Assembly: GCA_041658985.1 (NCBI GenBank)
Contig: JBAZZC010000006.1
Coordinates: 2,369-66,368, forward strand
Direction: 5' to 3'
Length of the DNA stretch: 64,000 nt
Origin: Minisyncoccota bacterium
GTDB lineage: Bacteria > Patescibacteriota > Minisyncoccia > Phycocordibacterales > DATDWN01
Program-made: the position numbers and the translations under genes
Notes under the pieces: model-generated
Told to the model about the DNA's origin: nothing
What the model saw: only the letters and a program-made list of their open reading frames with translations
Databases searched by the model: none
Shown: positions 49,851 to 58,077 of the stretch, piece by piece
Layout: each line of letters opens with the position of its first letter
Numbering within the stretch: the stretch's first letter is position 1

Positions 49851-50456
49851 CTATCCTTTAGTATAATTTGACACAAACCGACAAAAACTCTTTCGGTGAA
49901 TGTCGGATAGACCAACTTTTTTTAAAACTCCTCGGTGTCTCAAAGTTCCATACCCTTTATGAATTTCAAGCCCATATTTTGGATATTTTTTTGCTAGTCG
50001 ACACATCAAGGTATCGCGAGACACTTTTGCTAATATTGAGGCCCAAGCTATTATTTTTTCCTTTTCATCACCCCTTATGATTGTCCTTTGATTAATAAAT
50101 TTTTTTGGCGCCTTAAGACCACCATCTAATAAAATTTTTAATTCACAATTTTTAATTTTTAATTTTTCAAAACCTTTTTCAATCGCAAATCTAATGGCAA
50201 ACGAAATTCCTTTCTTATCAATAATTCTATTTGAAACATTTACCACCACATAGGAAATTTCTGTGTGTTTTAAATATTTTGCATATTTTTGACGAAGTTC
50301 TGGAGAGAGTTTTTTGCTATCTTTTCCAAGTGGTGGTAGACTTTTGTTTCTCTTTAATTTTTTATACAAATTTTCTTCACAAACAACCACACAAACTGTA
50401 ACTGGTCCTGCCAAAGGCCCCCTTCCTACTTCATCAATTCCTACTATATATTTCAT
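49851..50456 (-). CDS. rnhB: Ribonuclease HII
   Basis: GIDEVGRGPLAGPV catalytic motif. 201 aa. Confidence 0.85.
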   Translation of the reverse strand: MKYIVGIDEVGRGPLAGPVTVCVVVCEENLYKKLKRNKSLPPLGKDSKKLSPELRQKYAKYLKHTEISYVVVNVSNRIIDKKGISFAIRFAIEKGFEKLKIKNCELKILLDGGLKAPKKFINQRTIIRGDEKEKIIAWASILAKVSRDTLMCRLAKKYPKYGLEIHKGYGTLRHRGVLKKVGLSDIHRKSFCRFVSNYTKG

Positions 50457-50631
50457 TTCGTTATTTTAACATACCCTATGTTTACCTAAATAATTTTTTA
50501 TGATATTTCAATTTGGTACAATATATTGTATCAAATTGAAATATTGGAGAGATTGTTTTTTTATAAAAACAAAAAGAGCCGTCGGCGCACGAAACGCAAA
50601 CGGACTCTTTGGAAAAAACGTACTGACACAC

Positions 50632-50898
50632 TTACTTGCGCTTGGCAAGTCGTTGAAGCGCATTATCCGCTTCACGGACTTGCGTCGTCAGGCGAAATAC
50701 CTCAAGACGCAAATCCTCACACTCACGAACCAGACGAACAGCGTTTGCCAAAAGGCTAATCTTGGCGTTGGCATCTGGGTCTGGATTGCCAGAATCAACA
50801 CCATCCTTGAGAAACCTGATTTGGACAAGCATCAGGGCTTTGAAAGCATCAAGGGGAATCTCGAGCTTCCTTCCTGTTACCAACTCTTGCGTACTCAT
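50632..50898 (-). CDS. GC-rich cassette gene b (89 aa), N-terminal paralogue of 50910-51248
   Basis: RBS GGAGGA. Terminator AAGAGCCGT...ACGGACTCTT plus U-run at 50565-50625. Confidence 0.4.
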   Translation of the reverse strand: MSTQELVTGRKLEIPLDAFKALMLVQIRFLKDGVDSGNPDPDANAKISLLANAVRLVRECEDLRLEVFRLTTQVREADNALQRLAKRK

Positions 50899-50909
50899 AC
50901 TTCCTCCAA

Positions 50910-51248
50910 TCAAGAACCTGTTGTTGTCTTGGCCTGCAGTTCAACGAGGCCACAGGTGCATGGCTTGGCCTCGTGAACAACGACACCACCATGACCGATG
51001 ACGGCCGGAACCATGGTGCACCCGTCTGTGTGCTGGATGTACGGCTTCAGCGCCTCGACCTTCGCACGAAGGTCAGCGAGTTCGCGAACCGCAAGGACAG
51101 CAGGCTCGAGGACTTCTTCCTGCTCTCTGGTGTAACCATCACCACCCCCGGTCCTGAGGTAATGAATTTTGATCAGGATTTTCTGCAACACCCGATCAAG
51201 AGAGTCGACGAGCTTTCTTCCTTTGACCAAATCACTCAGGTCGTCCAT
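50910..51248 (-). CDS. GC-rich cassette gene a (113 aa) with a CxC motif near the C-terminus
   Basis: RBS GGGAGG. N-terminus ...LVKGRKLVDSLD... parallels ...LVTGRKLEIPLD... of gene b. Its stop lies 12 nt upstream of gene b's start codon. Confidence 0.4.
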   Translation of the reverse strand: MDDLSDLVKGRKLVDSLDRVLQKILIKIHYLRTGGGDGYTREQEEVLEPAVLAVRELADLRAKVEALKPYIQHTDGCTMVPAVIGHGGVVVHEAKPCTCGLVELQAKTTTGS

Positions 51249-51389
51249 TGACTTTGCCTCCCACCACAAAATACCACTACTTTTCCCAAATATCAAGCCC
51301 CTCTCCACCATAATGATGACATGCTATAATGTGAATCGAGCCTGTATTCACTTTATAACTTTCTACTTTATAACTTTATAACTCCTCAC

Positions 51390-54300
51390 ATGTCATCGAA
51401 ATTTATTCATCTACACACCCACTCCCACTATTCTCTTCTTAACGCCTTACCAAAAATTGAGGCCCTTATTTCTGAAGCTAAAAAATATGATATGCCAGCA
51501 TTAGCTCTAACCGACAACTGCAACTTATATGGAGCTATTGAATTTTATAAAGCCTGTAAGAAAAAGGAGGTGAAACCAATAATCGGCATTGATGCCTATG
51601 TTGCTTATCGCTCAAGACACGACAAACAAACTGGAGTTGATAAGGAGCGCTATCGACTAGTTCTTCTTGCAGAAAATGAGGTGGGTTATAAAAATTTAAT
51701 TAAACTGGTTACATATGCTCACCTAGAGGGTTTTTACTACAAACCCAGAGTTGACCGTGAGCTTTTAGAAAAATATCACGAAGGACTTATTGCTATCGCC
51801 CCATCTTTTTCTAGTGACATCTTGAAATCACTTCAGCTGGCTAACGACGAGCAAGCAATGGAAAGATTGACTTGGTACAAACAAGTCTTTGATGGTACAA
51901 GTCAAAATCCAAACTTTTTTCTTGAGGTAACCCATCACCCAGAAATGAAAGGTCACGACAAAGATATGGAAAGAATTGTGGAATTTGCCACACGCACAAA
52001 TACACCTTTAGTTGCCGCACATGATGTTTACTATATAAACAAAGAAGACCGTGTGGCTCGAGATACTTTACTTGCGGTTCAATCTCAGAATGATGAAAAA
52101 ATAGAAGAAGGAGATGATGATTTTTCTTTCATAAGTCCAGAACAAGCAGAAAAATATTTTAAAGATTTACCAGATGCACTTGAAAATAACGCAAAAATTG
52201 TTGATAGATGTAATTTAGAAATTTCAATCGGCAAATGGTTTCTACCAAATTATGTTGTGGAAAGTGGTCTATCATATGACGACGAACTTCGTCGAATTAC
52301 AGAAGAAGGTATAAAAAAACGAGGGCTAAAGAAAACCCCAGAAATTGAGGAAAGAATGGAATATGAATTAAAAATAATAAAAGATAAGGGATATGCATCA
52401 TATTTTTTGGTTGTATCTGACCTCCTACGTTTTGCCCATGAAAATGGCATCTTAACTACAATTAGAGGCTCTGTCGCTGGTTCTCTGGTTACCTATCTTG
52501 CTGGTATTACAAACGTAGACCCGATTCTTTACATGCTTCCTTTTGAAAGATTTTTAAACCCAGAAAGACCATCAGCACCAGATATTGATATGGATTTTGC
52601 CGATACTAAACGAGATGAAGTGATAGATTATGCAAGACAAAAATACGGCGTTGATAAAGTAGCCCAAATAGGAACCTTTGGAACAATGGCTGCTCGCGGA
52701 GCAGTGCGAGATGTTACTCGTGCTCTCGGATTTCCATATGGAACCGGTGATGCAATTGCAAAACTTATTCCAATGGGAGCCCAAGGTTTTCCAATGACAC
52801 TTGATAGAGCCATAAAGGAAACTCCGGAACTCAAACAAATGTACGAAACGGATGTAGATGTAAAAAAAATAATCGACATGGCAAAAAAGATAGAGGGGTG
52901 TGCAAGACACATTTCTGTTCACGCTGCTGGTGTTGTTATTTCTCCGACACCACTCACTGACTATGTACCACTTCAATACGATACTAAGGGTGACAACAAG
53001 ATTATAACTCAATATGACATGAATGATGTTGGTGAAGACGGTGTTGGTCTTCTAAAGTTTGATTTTCTTGGAATAAGAAACCTTTCTATCTTAGCTGATG
53101 CGGTAAAACTAACTGAAAAATTGGAGGGTGTAAAAGTAGACATTGAAAATGTTCCAATAGATGATAAAAAAACTTTTGAGATGCTGGCCAAGGGAGAAAC
53201 CGTCGGGCTCTTTCAACTTAATGGTGATGGAATGACACACGCTCTTATGGAACTTGTACCGACGGCTATATACGACATTAATCTCATGGTTGCTCTTTAT
53301 CGTCCTGGACCAATGGATAACATTTATGAATACATAGCCAGAAAACATGGCAAGAAGCCAGTAACATATTTACACCCAAAAATGAAGGGTTTTTTGGAAA
53401 GAACTTATGGAGTACTGGTTTATCAGGACGACTTGCTTTACACCGCTATTGAAGTTGCAGGATACACTTGGGGTGAAGCAGATAAATTTCGAAAAGCCGT
53501 TGGAAAGAAAATCCGTGAAGAAATGGCTAAACAGCACGTTAAATTCGTAGAAGGCTGTCAGAAACACGGAGGGATGTCAGAAAAAAAGGCGGAAGAACTT
53601 TGGAACCTATTTGAACCATTCCAGGGTTACGGTTTCAACAAAGCCCATGCCGCAAGTTATGGAAAAGTTGCTTACCAGACAGCCTATATGAAAGCCAACT
53701 TTCCTGCTGTCTACATGTCTGCTGTTCTAACAGCCGAATCTGGTGATGTAGAAAAAATCGCAGAAATAATCAGCGAATGTAAAAGAATGGGTATCCCTGT
53801 TTTACCTCCAGACGTCAATGAATCTTTTGAAGGCTTCACGGTCATTAAGAAAAGTGGTGAAAACGAAAAGGACGCTATTCGATTCGGACTAACAACAATT
53901 AAAAACTTTGGGGAAGGAATCGCCTCATCAATTATTGCCGAGAGAAAAGCCGGTGGAAAATTTACTTCTCTTTCAGATTTTCTTCGTCGCATAAAAGATA
54001 AAAATTTGAATAAAAAATCTCTTGAATCACTTATAAAAACCGGTGCCATGGATTTATTTGGAGACAGAGCAGAAATGTTACACAATTTGGATAGAATACT
54101 TGCATTCAGTAAAGAAGAAAGAGGTAAGGGTGATGCCCAGGATTCGCTTTTCGTCGGAATCGCCGAGGTCATATCTGCTGGTGATATCATTCTTGAACCA
54201 ACACCAAAAACAAACCCGACAGATAAATTAATGTGGGAAAAAGAACTTCTTGGGCTTTATATTTCTGGACACCCCCTGGAAAGCTTCAAACACAAATTAG

Positions 54301-54596
54301 AAAACAAAGAAACAAACATTAAAAAAATAAAAGATAAGGCCAAAGAAAGAGAAGCTGTGGTCGTAGGCGGAATTATTGAGGAGATTAGAAGCGTTACAAC
54401 AAAAAATGGTGAAAAAATGGTTTTCCTTAAACTGGCCGACTTAACAGATTCAATTGAAGCGGTAGCTTTTCCAAAAGTCTTTGAAGAATTTCAAGATATT
54501 TTGATTCCAGAAAGTTGTGTGGTTATAAAGGGCACATTTTCCACCAGAAACGCCGGAAAAAGTATTTTGATTGATAAGGTGAAATTGATGGAGTAA
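51390..54596 (+). CDS. dnaE: DNA polymerase III alpha subunit
   Basis: PHP domain HLHTHSHYSLL, Pol IIIalpha catalytic core (GLLKFDFLGIRNLS) and an OB fold. 1068 aa. Confidence 0.95.
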   Translation: MSSKFIHLHTHSHYSLLNALPKIEALISEAKKYDMPALALTDNCNLYGAIEFYKACKKKEVKPIIGIDAYVAYRSRHDKQTGVDKERYRLVLLAENEVGYKNLIKLVTYAHLEGFYYKPRVDRELLEKYHEGLIAIAPSFSSDILKSLQLANDEQAMERLTWYKQVFDGTSQNPNFFLEVTHHPEMKGHDKDMERIVEFATRTNTPLVAAHDVYYINKEDRVARDTLLAVQSQNDEKIEEGDDDFSFISPEQAEKYFKDLPDALENNAKIVDRCNLEISIGKWFLPNYVVESGLSYDDELRRITEEGIKKRGLKKTPEIEERMEYELKIIKDKGYASYFLVVSDLLRFAHENGILTTIRGSVAGSLVTYLAGITNVDPILYMLPFERFLNPERPSAPDIDMDFADTKRDEVIDYARQKYGVDKVAQIGTFGTMAARGAVRDVTRALGFPYGTGDAIAKLIPMGAQGFPMTLDRAIKETPELKQMYETDVDVKKIIDMAKKIEGCARHISVHAAGVVISPTPLTDYVPLQYDTKGDNKIITQYDMNDVGEDGVGLLKFDFLGIRNLSILADAVKLTEKLEGVKVDIENVPIDDKKTFEMLAKGETVGLFQLNGDGMTHALMELVPTAIYDINLMVALYRPGPMDNIYEYIARKHGKKPVTYLHPKMKGFLERTYGVLVYQDDLLYTAIEVAGYTWGEADKFRKAVGKKIREEMAKQHVKFVEGCQKHGGMSEKKAEELWNLFEPFQGYGFNKAHAASYGKVAYQTAYMKANFPAVYMSAVLTAESGDVEKIAEIISECKRMGIPVLPPDVNESFEGFTVIKKSGENEKDAIRFGLTTIKNFGEGIASSIIAERKAGGKFTSLSDFLRRIKDKNLNKKSLESLIKTGAMDLFGDRAEMLHNLDRILAFSKEERGKGDAQDSLFVGIAEVISAGDIILEPTPKTNPTDKLMWEKELLGLYISGHPLESFKHKLENKETNIKKIKDKAKEREAVVVGGIIEEIRSVTTKNGEKMVFLKLADLTDSIEAVAFPKVFEEFQDILIPESCVVIKGTFSTRNAGKSILIDKVKLME

Positions 54597-54641
54597 TCAT
54601 AATTTATCATTACTCAACTTAAAAATTATTTAATATCTCAT

Positions 54642-55028
54642 TTACGCCATGGCTGAAATGGAAGAGTTGTATGGTTGTGCTAATTTAAATGTTTTGAATT
54701 TATTCCTTATTTTTATCTCCTCAAGGTAGCTTAGAAATTGTTTTGGCAGTGGTGACGGCCCGACCCAAATACTCTTTTGTATCATGACATATCCAAATTT
54801 AATTAAATGTCGCCTAAACCAATCTCTTTCTTTTTTTAGCTCGTGTGGAATATCATACATGACGATAAGATTTTTTGGTAAACTTTTATTGAAAGGAGAC
54901 TGGAAAGAAATATGATATGGGTTTCTTTTTTTTATTACTGATTTGTTGTTTTGTTTTTTAGTAGATACTGGTAAACCAAACATATTTACTTTCACACCTT
55001 TATAATTAAAAATTTTTTGCTTACCCAT
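54642..55028 (-). CDS. Solo Cas2/VapD-superfamily protein with a ~45-aa Lys-rich N-terminal extension
   Basis: LIVMYDIPHELKKERDWFRRHLIKFGYVMIQKSIWVG parallels the Cas2 pattern (ILMFDMP..ERK.YRKFRKFL..GF.M.Q.SVY). No cas1 or CRISPR array nearby. Confidence 0.45.
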   Translation of the reverse strand: MGKQKIFNYKGVKVNMFGLPVSTKKQNNKSVIKKRNPYHISFQSPFNKSLPKNLIVMYDIPHELKKERDWFRRHLIKFGYVMIQKSIWVGPSPLPKQFLSYLEEIKIRNKFKTFKLAQPYNSSISAMA

Positions 55029-55050
55029 ATATTCTATTATACACTACTAT

Positions 55051-55078
55051 CCCCATATACGCCATGGCGTATATGGGG
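55051..55078. promoter_or_regulatory. 28-bp perfect palindrome CCCCATATACGCCATGGCGTATATGGGG overlapping the -35 region of the Cas2-like gene
   Basis: It lies directly upstream of TGTATAAT (extended -10), which ends 8 nt before the ATG of 54642-55028, suggesting a leaderless mRNA. Confidence 0.5.
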
Positions 55079-55159
55079 ATATACAGTATTGTTAGTGTTT
55101 TTATATAGTTGTTTGTATAACAAAGGGCTGGTCGAGTTGACCAGCCCCAAGAACACACA

Positions 55160-55714
55160 TCAGTCTCTGTCGGCCCTGTGCCGATCTGATTCGGTACGCT
55201 TCACAGCATGTGTGGCACGTTCTGCTCGCACCTGCGCCACAATCTTGCGTTTCCGCTCGAGGAGATCGGTCGGGGAGCCAGGATCACCACACAGTTGTTG
55301 TAGATAGAATTCGCTCAGGCGCCGAGCACCTGCCAGACTGGCTTTGTCACGAGCAGGCTCAGAGTGAAGCCGGATGAGGTGGAAAGCCTCGTTCTGATCC
55401 ACTCGAGCAATATGCTCAATGACGGCCACCCAAACAGCTGACAGAAGAGAATTTCTGTAGATCTCCTTGAAAATCTCCAGGTCCCCGATCTGTTGGAGTT
55501 GACGCAGAGCATCGTAGGCTGCATCCTGGTCTACTCCAATTGCAATCTCGTACAGCCGGCGCCCCAACCGGAATGCATCCGCTACACTCCTTGCAAAAAC
55601 CTTGCGATACTTACGAAAGAACTCTGTGTCTTTCGTAGTCACTTCATGTTCTGAGAGAATCTGAAGTGTTGAGTTGATCTCCGTTCCCGTCATGGACGAA
55701 AGTAAGCTGGCCAT
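55160..55714 (-). CDS. GC-rich cassette gene (184 aa, hypothetical)
   Basis: TTGACA-16-TATAAAT promoter and RBS GGAG. Terminator GGGCTGGTC-AACTC-GACCAGCCC plus U-run at 55110-55145. Confidence 0.45.
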   Translation of the reverse strand: MASLLSSMTGTEINSTLQILSEHEVTTKDTEFFRKYRKVFARSVADAFRLGRRLYEIAIGVDQDAAYDALRQLQQIGDLEIFKEIYRNSLLSAVWVAVIEHIARVDQNEAFHLIRLHSEPARDKASLAGARRLSEFYLQQLCGDPGSPTDLLERKRKIVAQVRAERATHAVKRTESDRHRADRD

Positions 55715-55881
55715 ATGGCTGGCTCCTTCTAATAAGGTAACTGCTGGCTCGGGATGAGCTGGCTCAAAGTTACCCTTTCCGTGTTTATTTATACTCTAAA
55801 AGCTACGTCTGTCAACAGAATGAGGAGAGTTCTTCTACATTTGACATTGACACAAGATTTAAGATTTTGTAGGATAAAAAG

Positions 55882-55944
55882 GTGAAATCAGCATTAAGAA
55901 CTACAACAACCACAACAACAACTATTCTGCCCTCCTCGAGGTAG
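55882..55944 (+). CDS. thrS leader peptide, 20 codons with eight consecutive Thr codons (MKSALRTTTTTTTTILPSSR)
   Basis: GTG start with AGGA 6 nt upstream. The codons are ACT ACA ACA ACC ACA ACA ACA ACT. A terminator hairpin follows 29 nt after the stop, and thrS starts at 56044. Confidence 0.4.
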   Translation: MKSALRTTTTTTTTILPSSR

Positions 55945-55972
55945 TGGTTTTGTTAAAATCAAACTTTAACTG

Positions 55973-56004
55973 AACGGGCCTCGAAAGAGGGCCGTTTCGT
56001 TTTT
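55973..56004 (+). terminator. Attenuator terminator between the Thr leader peptide and thrS
   Basis: AACGGGCCTC-GAAA-GAGGGCCGTT plus TCGTTTTT. The leader 3' segment GCCCTCCTCGAGG can pair alternatively with CCTCGA / GAGGGC. Confidence 0.5.
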
Positions 56005-56043
56005 ATTAGATTATTTAATACAAATAGGATAATATATAAACAT

Positions 56044-57801
56044 ATGGAAAAGGAAAAATTAGAGAAAATAAGACATTCACTCTCACACCTCATGAGTATG
56101 GCAGTCCAAGAACTGTATCCACAAGTTGGCCTGGGAGTTGGACCAGCCATTGATAATGGTTTTTATCAAGACTACGACTTACCAGAAGCAATTACCCCAG
56201 AAATTCTACCGAAACTAGAGAAACGAATCAGAGAAATGATAAAAGAAAATATTGAGTTCAAACAACACAATATGGATTTTGACAAAGCTTACAAATTATA
56301 CGTTCACGACCCTTATAAAACTTGGTTTATTGATGATTTGAAAGCACGAGGAGAAAAATATGTTAGCTTTTATAAATCTGATTGGTTCGACAACCTCTGT
56401 GCCGGTCCACACGTTAATTCAACCAAGGAAATTGACCCTGAAACCTTTCGGTTAGACAGAATTGCTGGAGCGTATTGGCGAGGAGATGAAAAAAATAAAA
56501 TGCTTACTCGTATTTATGGACTAGCTTTTGAATCAAAAGAGGTTCTGGATGCATATATCCTCCAACAAGAAGAAGCTAAGAAAAGAGACCACAGAAAGCT
56601 TGGTGTAGAGCTTGACCTTTTTCACTTTTCAGACACCGTTGGTAAGGGTCTTCCCCTCTTTACTCCAAAAGGAGCAACTATCAGGCGCGAACTGGAAAGA
56701 TTTATTATTGATGAAGAAATAAAACGTGGATATTTACACGTTAAGACACCAGACCTTGCTAGGTTGGACCTGTTCAAAAAATCTGGTCATTATCCTCATT
56801 ACAAAGATTCAATGTATGCCCCAATAAAGATTGATGATGAAGAATTTATGCTAAGACCCATGACCTGTCCTCATCACTTTGAACTTTACCTGAGACAACC
56901 ACACAGTTATCGTGAGTTACCAATGAGAATTGCCGAACTTGCCCAACTCTATCGCTACGAACAATCTGGTGAATTGTCGGGGCTTCTTCGAGTGAGAACA
57001 TTTTGCTTGGCCGATGCTCATATAATTTGTGCGTCACCCGAACAAGCTGTTTCTGAAATTGGTAAAGCCTTGGACCTCATAGAATATGTTTCTGGGGTTT
57101 TTGGACTCAAGCATGGAGAAAATTTCTGGTATAGATTATCTTTGGGCGACAGAAATAACACCGAAAAATATTTTAAAAATGACTCCGCCTGGGACATGGG
57201 TGAGGACCTTCTAAGAAAACACCTACAATCTCGCGGTTCTTATTTTGTTGAGGCGCCGGGAGAGGCTGCATTTTACGGACCAAAGGTTGATATCCAAATG
57301 AAAAATATTAACGGAAAAGAGGACACTGCTTTCACTGTGCAGTATGATTTTTGTATGCCGGAGAGATTTGACCTGACTTACACAGCAGAAGACGGTTCCA
57401 AAAAACAGGCTGTGGTAGTTCATCGGTCATCTATTGGTGCGATTGAACGCATAATGGCCTTTCTCATTGAACACTATGCTGGAAACTTCCCTCTTTGGCT
57501 TTCTCCGGTGCAAATCAAAGTAATTCCAGTCAGGACAAACCATAATGAGTATGCAAAAAAAGTTTTTGATTTGTTAAAAGAAAGTGGAATTCGTGCAGAG
57601 ATTGATGTTGAGGATTCAAATCTTGGAGGAAAAGTTCGAGAGACCAAAAATCAAAGAATTCCATATTGGATTGTTGTTGGAGACAAAGAAGTAGAAGCAG
57701 ATAAAGTTAATCTAGAATCTCGTGACGCAGGTCAGCTTGGACAAATGACAGCCAAAGAGTTGGTTTCAAAACTCTTAGAAGAAATCAAACACAAAAAATA
57801 A
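56044..57801 (+). CDS. thrS: Threonyl-tRNA synthetase (short form lacking the N-terminal TGS domain)
   Basis: Editing-domain HxxxH (HSLSHLM), class II core and C-terminal anticodon-binding domain. 585 aa. Confidence 0.95.
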   Translation: MEKEKLEKIRHSLSHLMSMAVQELYPQVGLGVGPAIDNGFYQDYDLPEAITPEILPKLEKRIREMIKENIEFKQHNMDFDKAYKLYVHDPYKTWFIDDLKARGEKYVSFYKSDWFDNLCAGPHVNSTKEIDPETFRLDRIAGAYWRGDEKNKMLTRIYGLAFESKEVLDAYILQQEEAKKRDHRKLGVELDLFHFSDTVGKGLPLFTPKGATIRRELERFIIDEEIKRGYLHVKTPDLARLDLFKKSGHYPHYKDSMYAPIKIDDEEFMLRPMTCPHHFELYLRQPHSYRELPMRIAELAQLYRYEQSGELSGLLRVRTFCLADAHIICASPEQAVSEIGKALDLIEYVSGVFGLKHGENFWYRLSLGDRNNTEKYFKNDSAWDMGEDLLRKHLQSRGSYFVEAPGEAAFYGPKVDIQMKNINGKEDTAFTVQYDFCMPERFDLTYTAEDGSKKQAVVVHRSSIGAIERIMAFLIEHYAGNFPLWLSPVQIKVIPVRTNHNEYAKKVFDLLKESGIRAEIDVEDSNLGGKVRETKNQRIPYWIVVGDKEVEADKVNLESRDAGQLGQMTAKELVSKLLEEIKHKK

Positions 57802-57823
57802 TTATTAGCCTAATTATACTTCG

Positions 57824-58057
57824 ATGAAAAAAAGATTATATAAGAGTGAGGAAGATAAAGTATTCGCTGGAGTAATTGGAGGTATTGCGGAATATTTTGA
57901 TATGGACCCAACAATTCTCCGACTTCTTTATATTCTAATAGCTGTCCTAACGGGGTTGGTTCCGGCTATTATTGGCTACATCATCGCAGCCCTCATTGTC
58001 CCCCACAAACCAAGAGTTTACCACGTGGAACACACCGAACCAGAAAAAACCGCTTAA
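57824..58057 (+). CDS. PspC-domain membrane protein
   Basis: VFAGVIGGIAEYFDMDPTILRLLYIL motif plus a TM segment. Confidence 0.6.
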   Translation: MKKRLYKSEEDKVFAGVIGGIAEYFDMDPTILRLLYILIAVLTGLVPAIIGYIIAALIVPHKPRVYHVEHTEPEKTA

Positions 58058-58077
58058 CAAAGCGATCTTTTGGCTTA

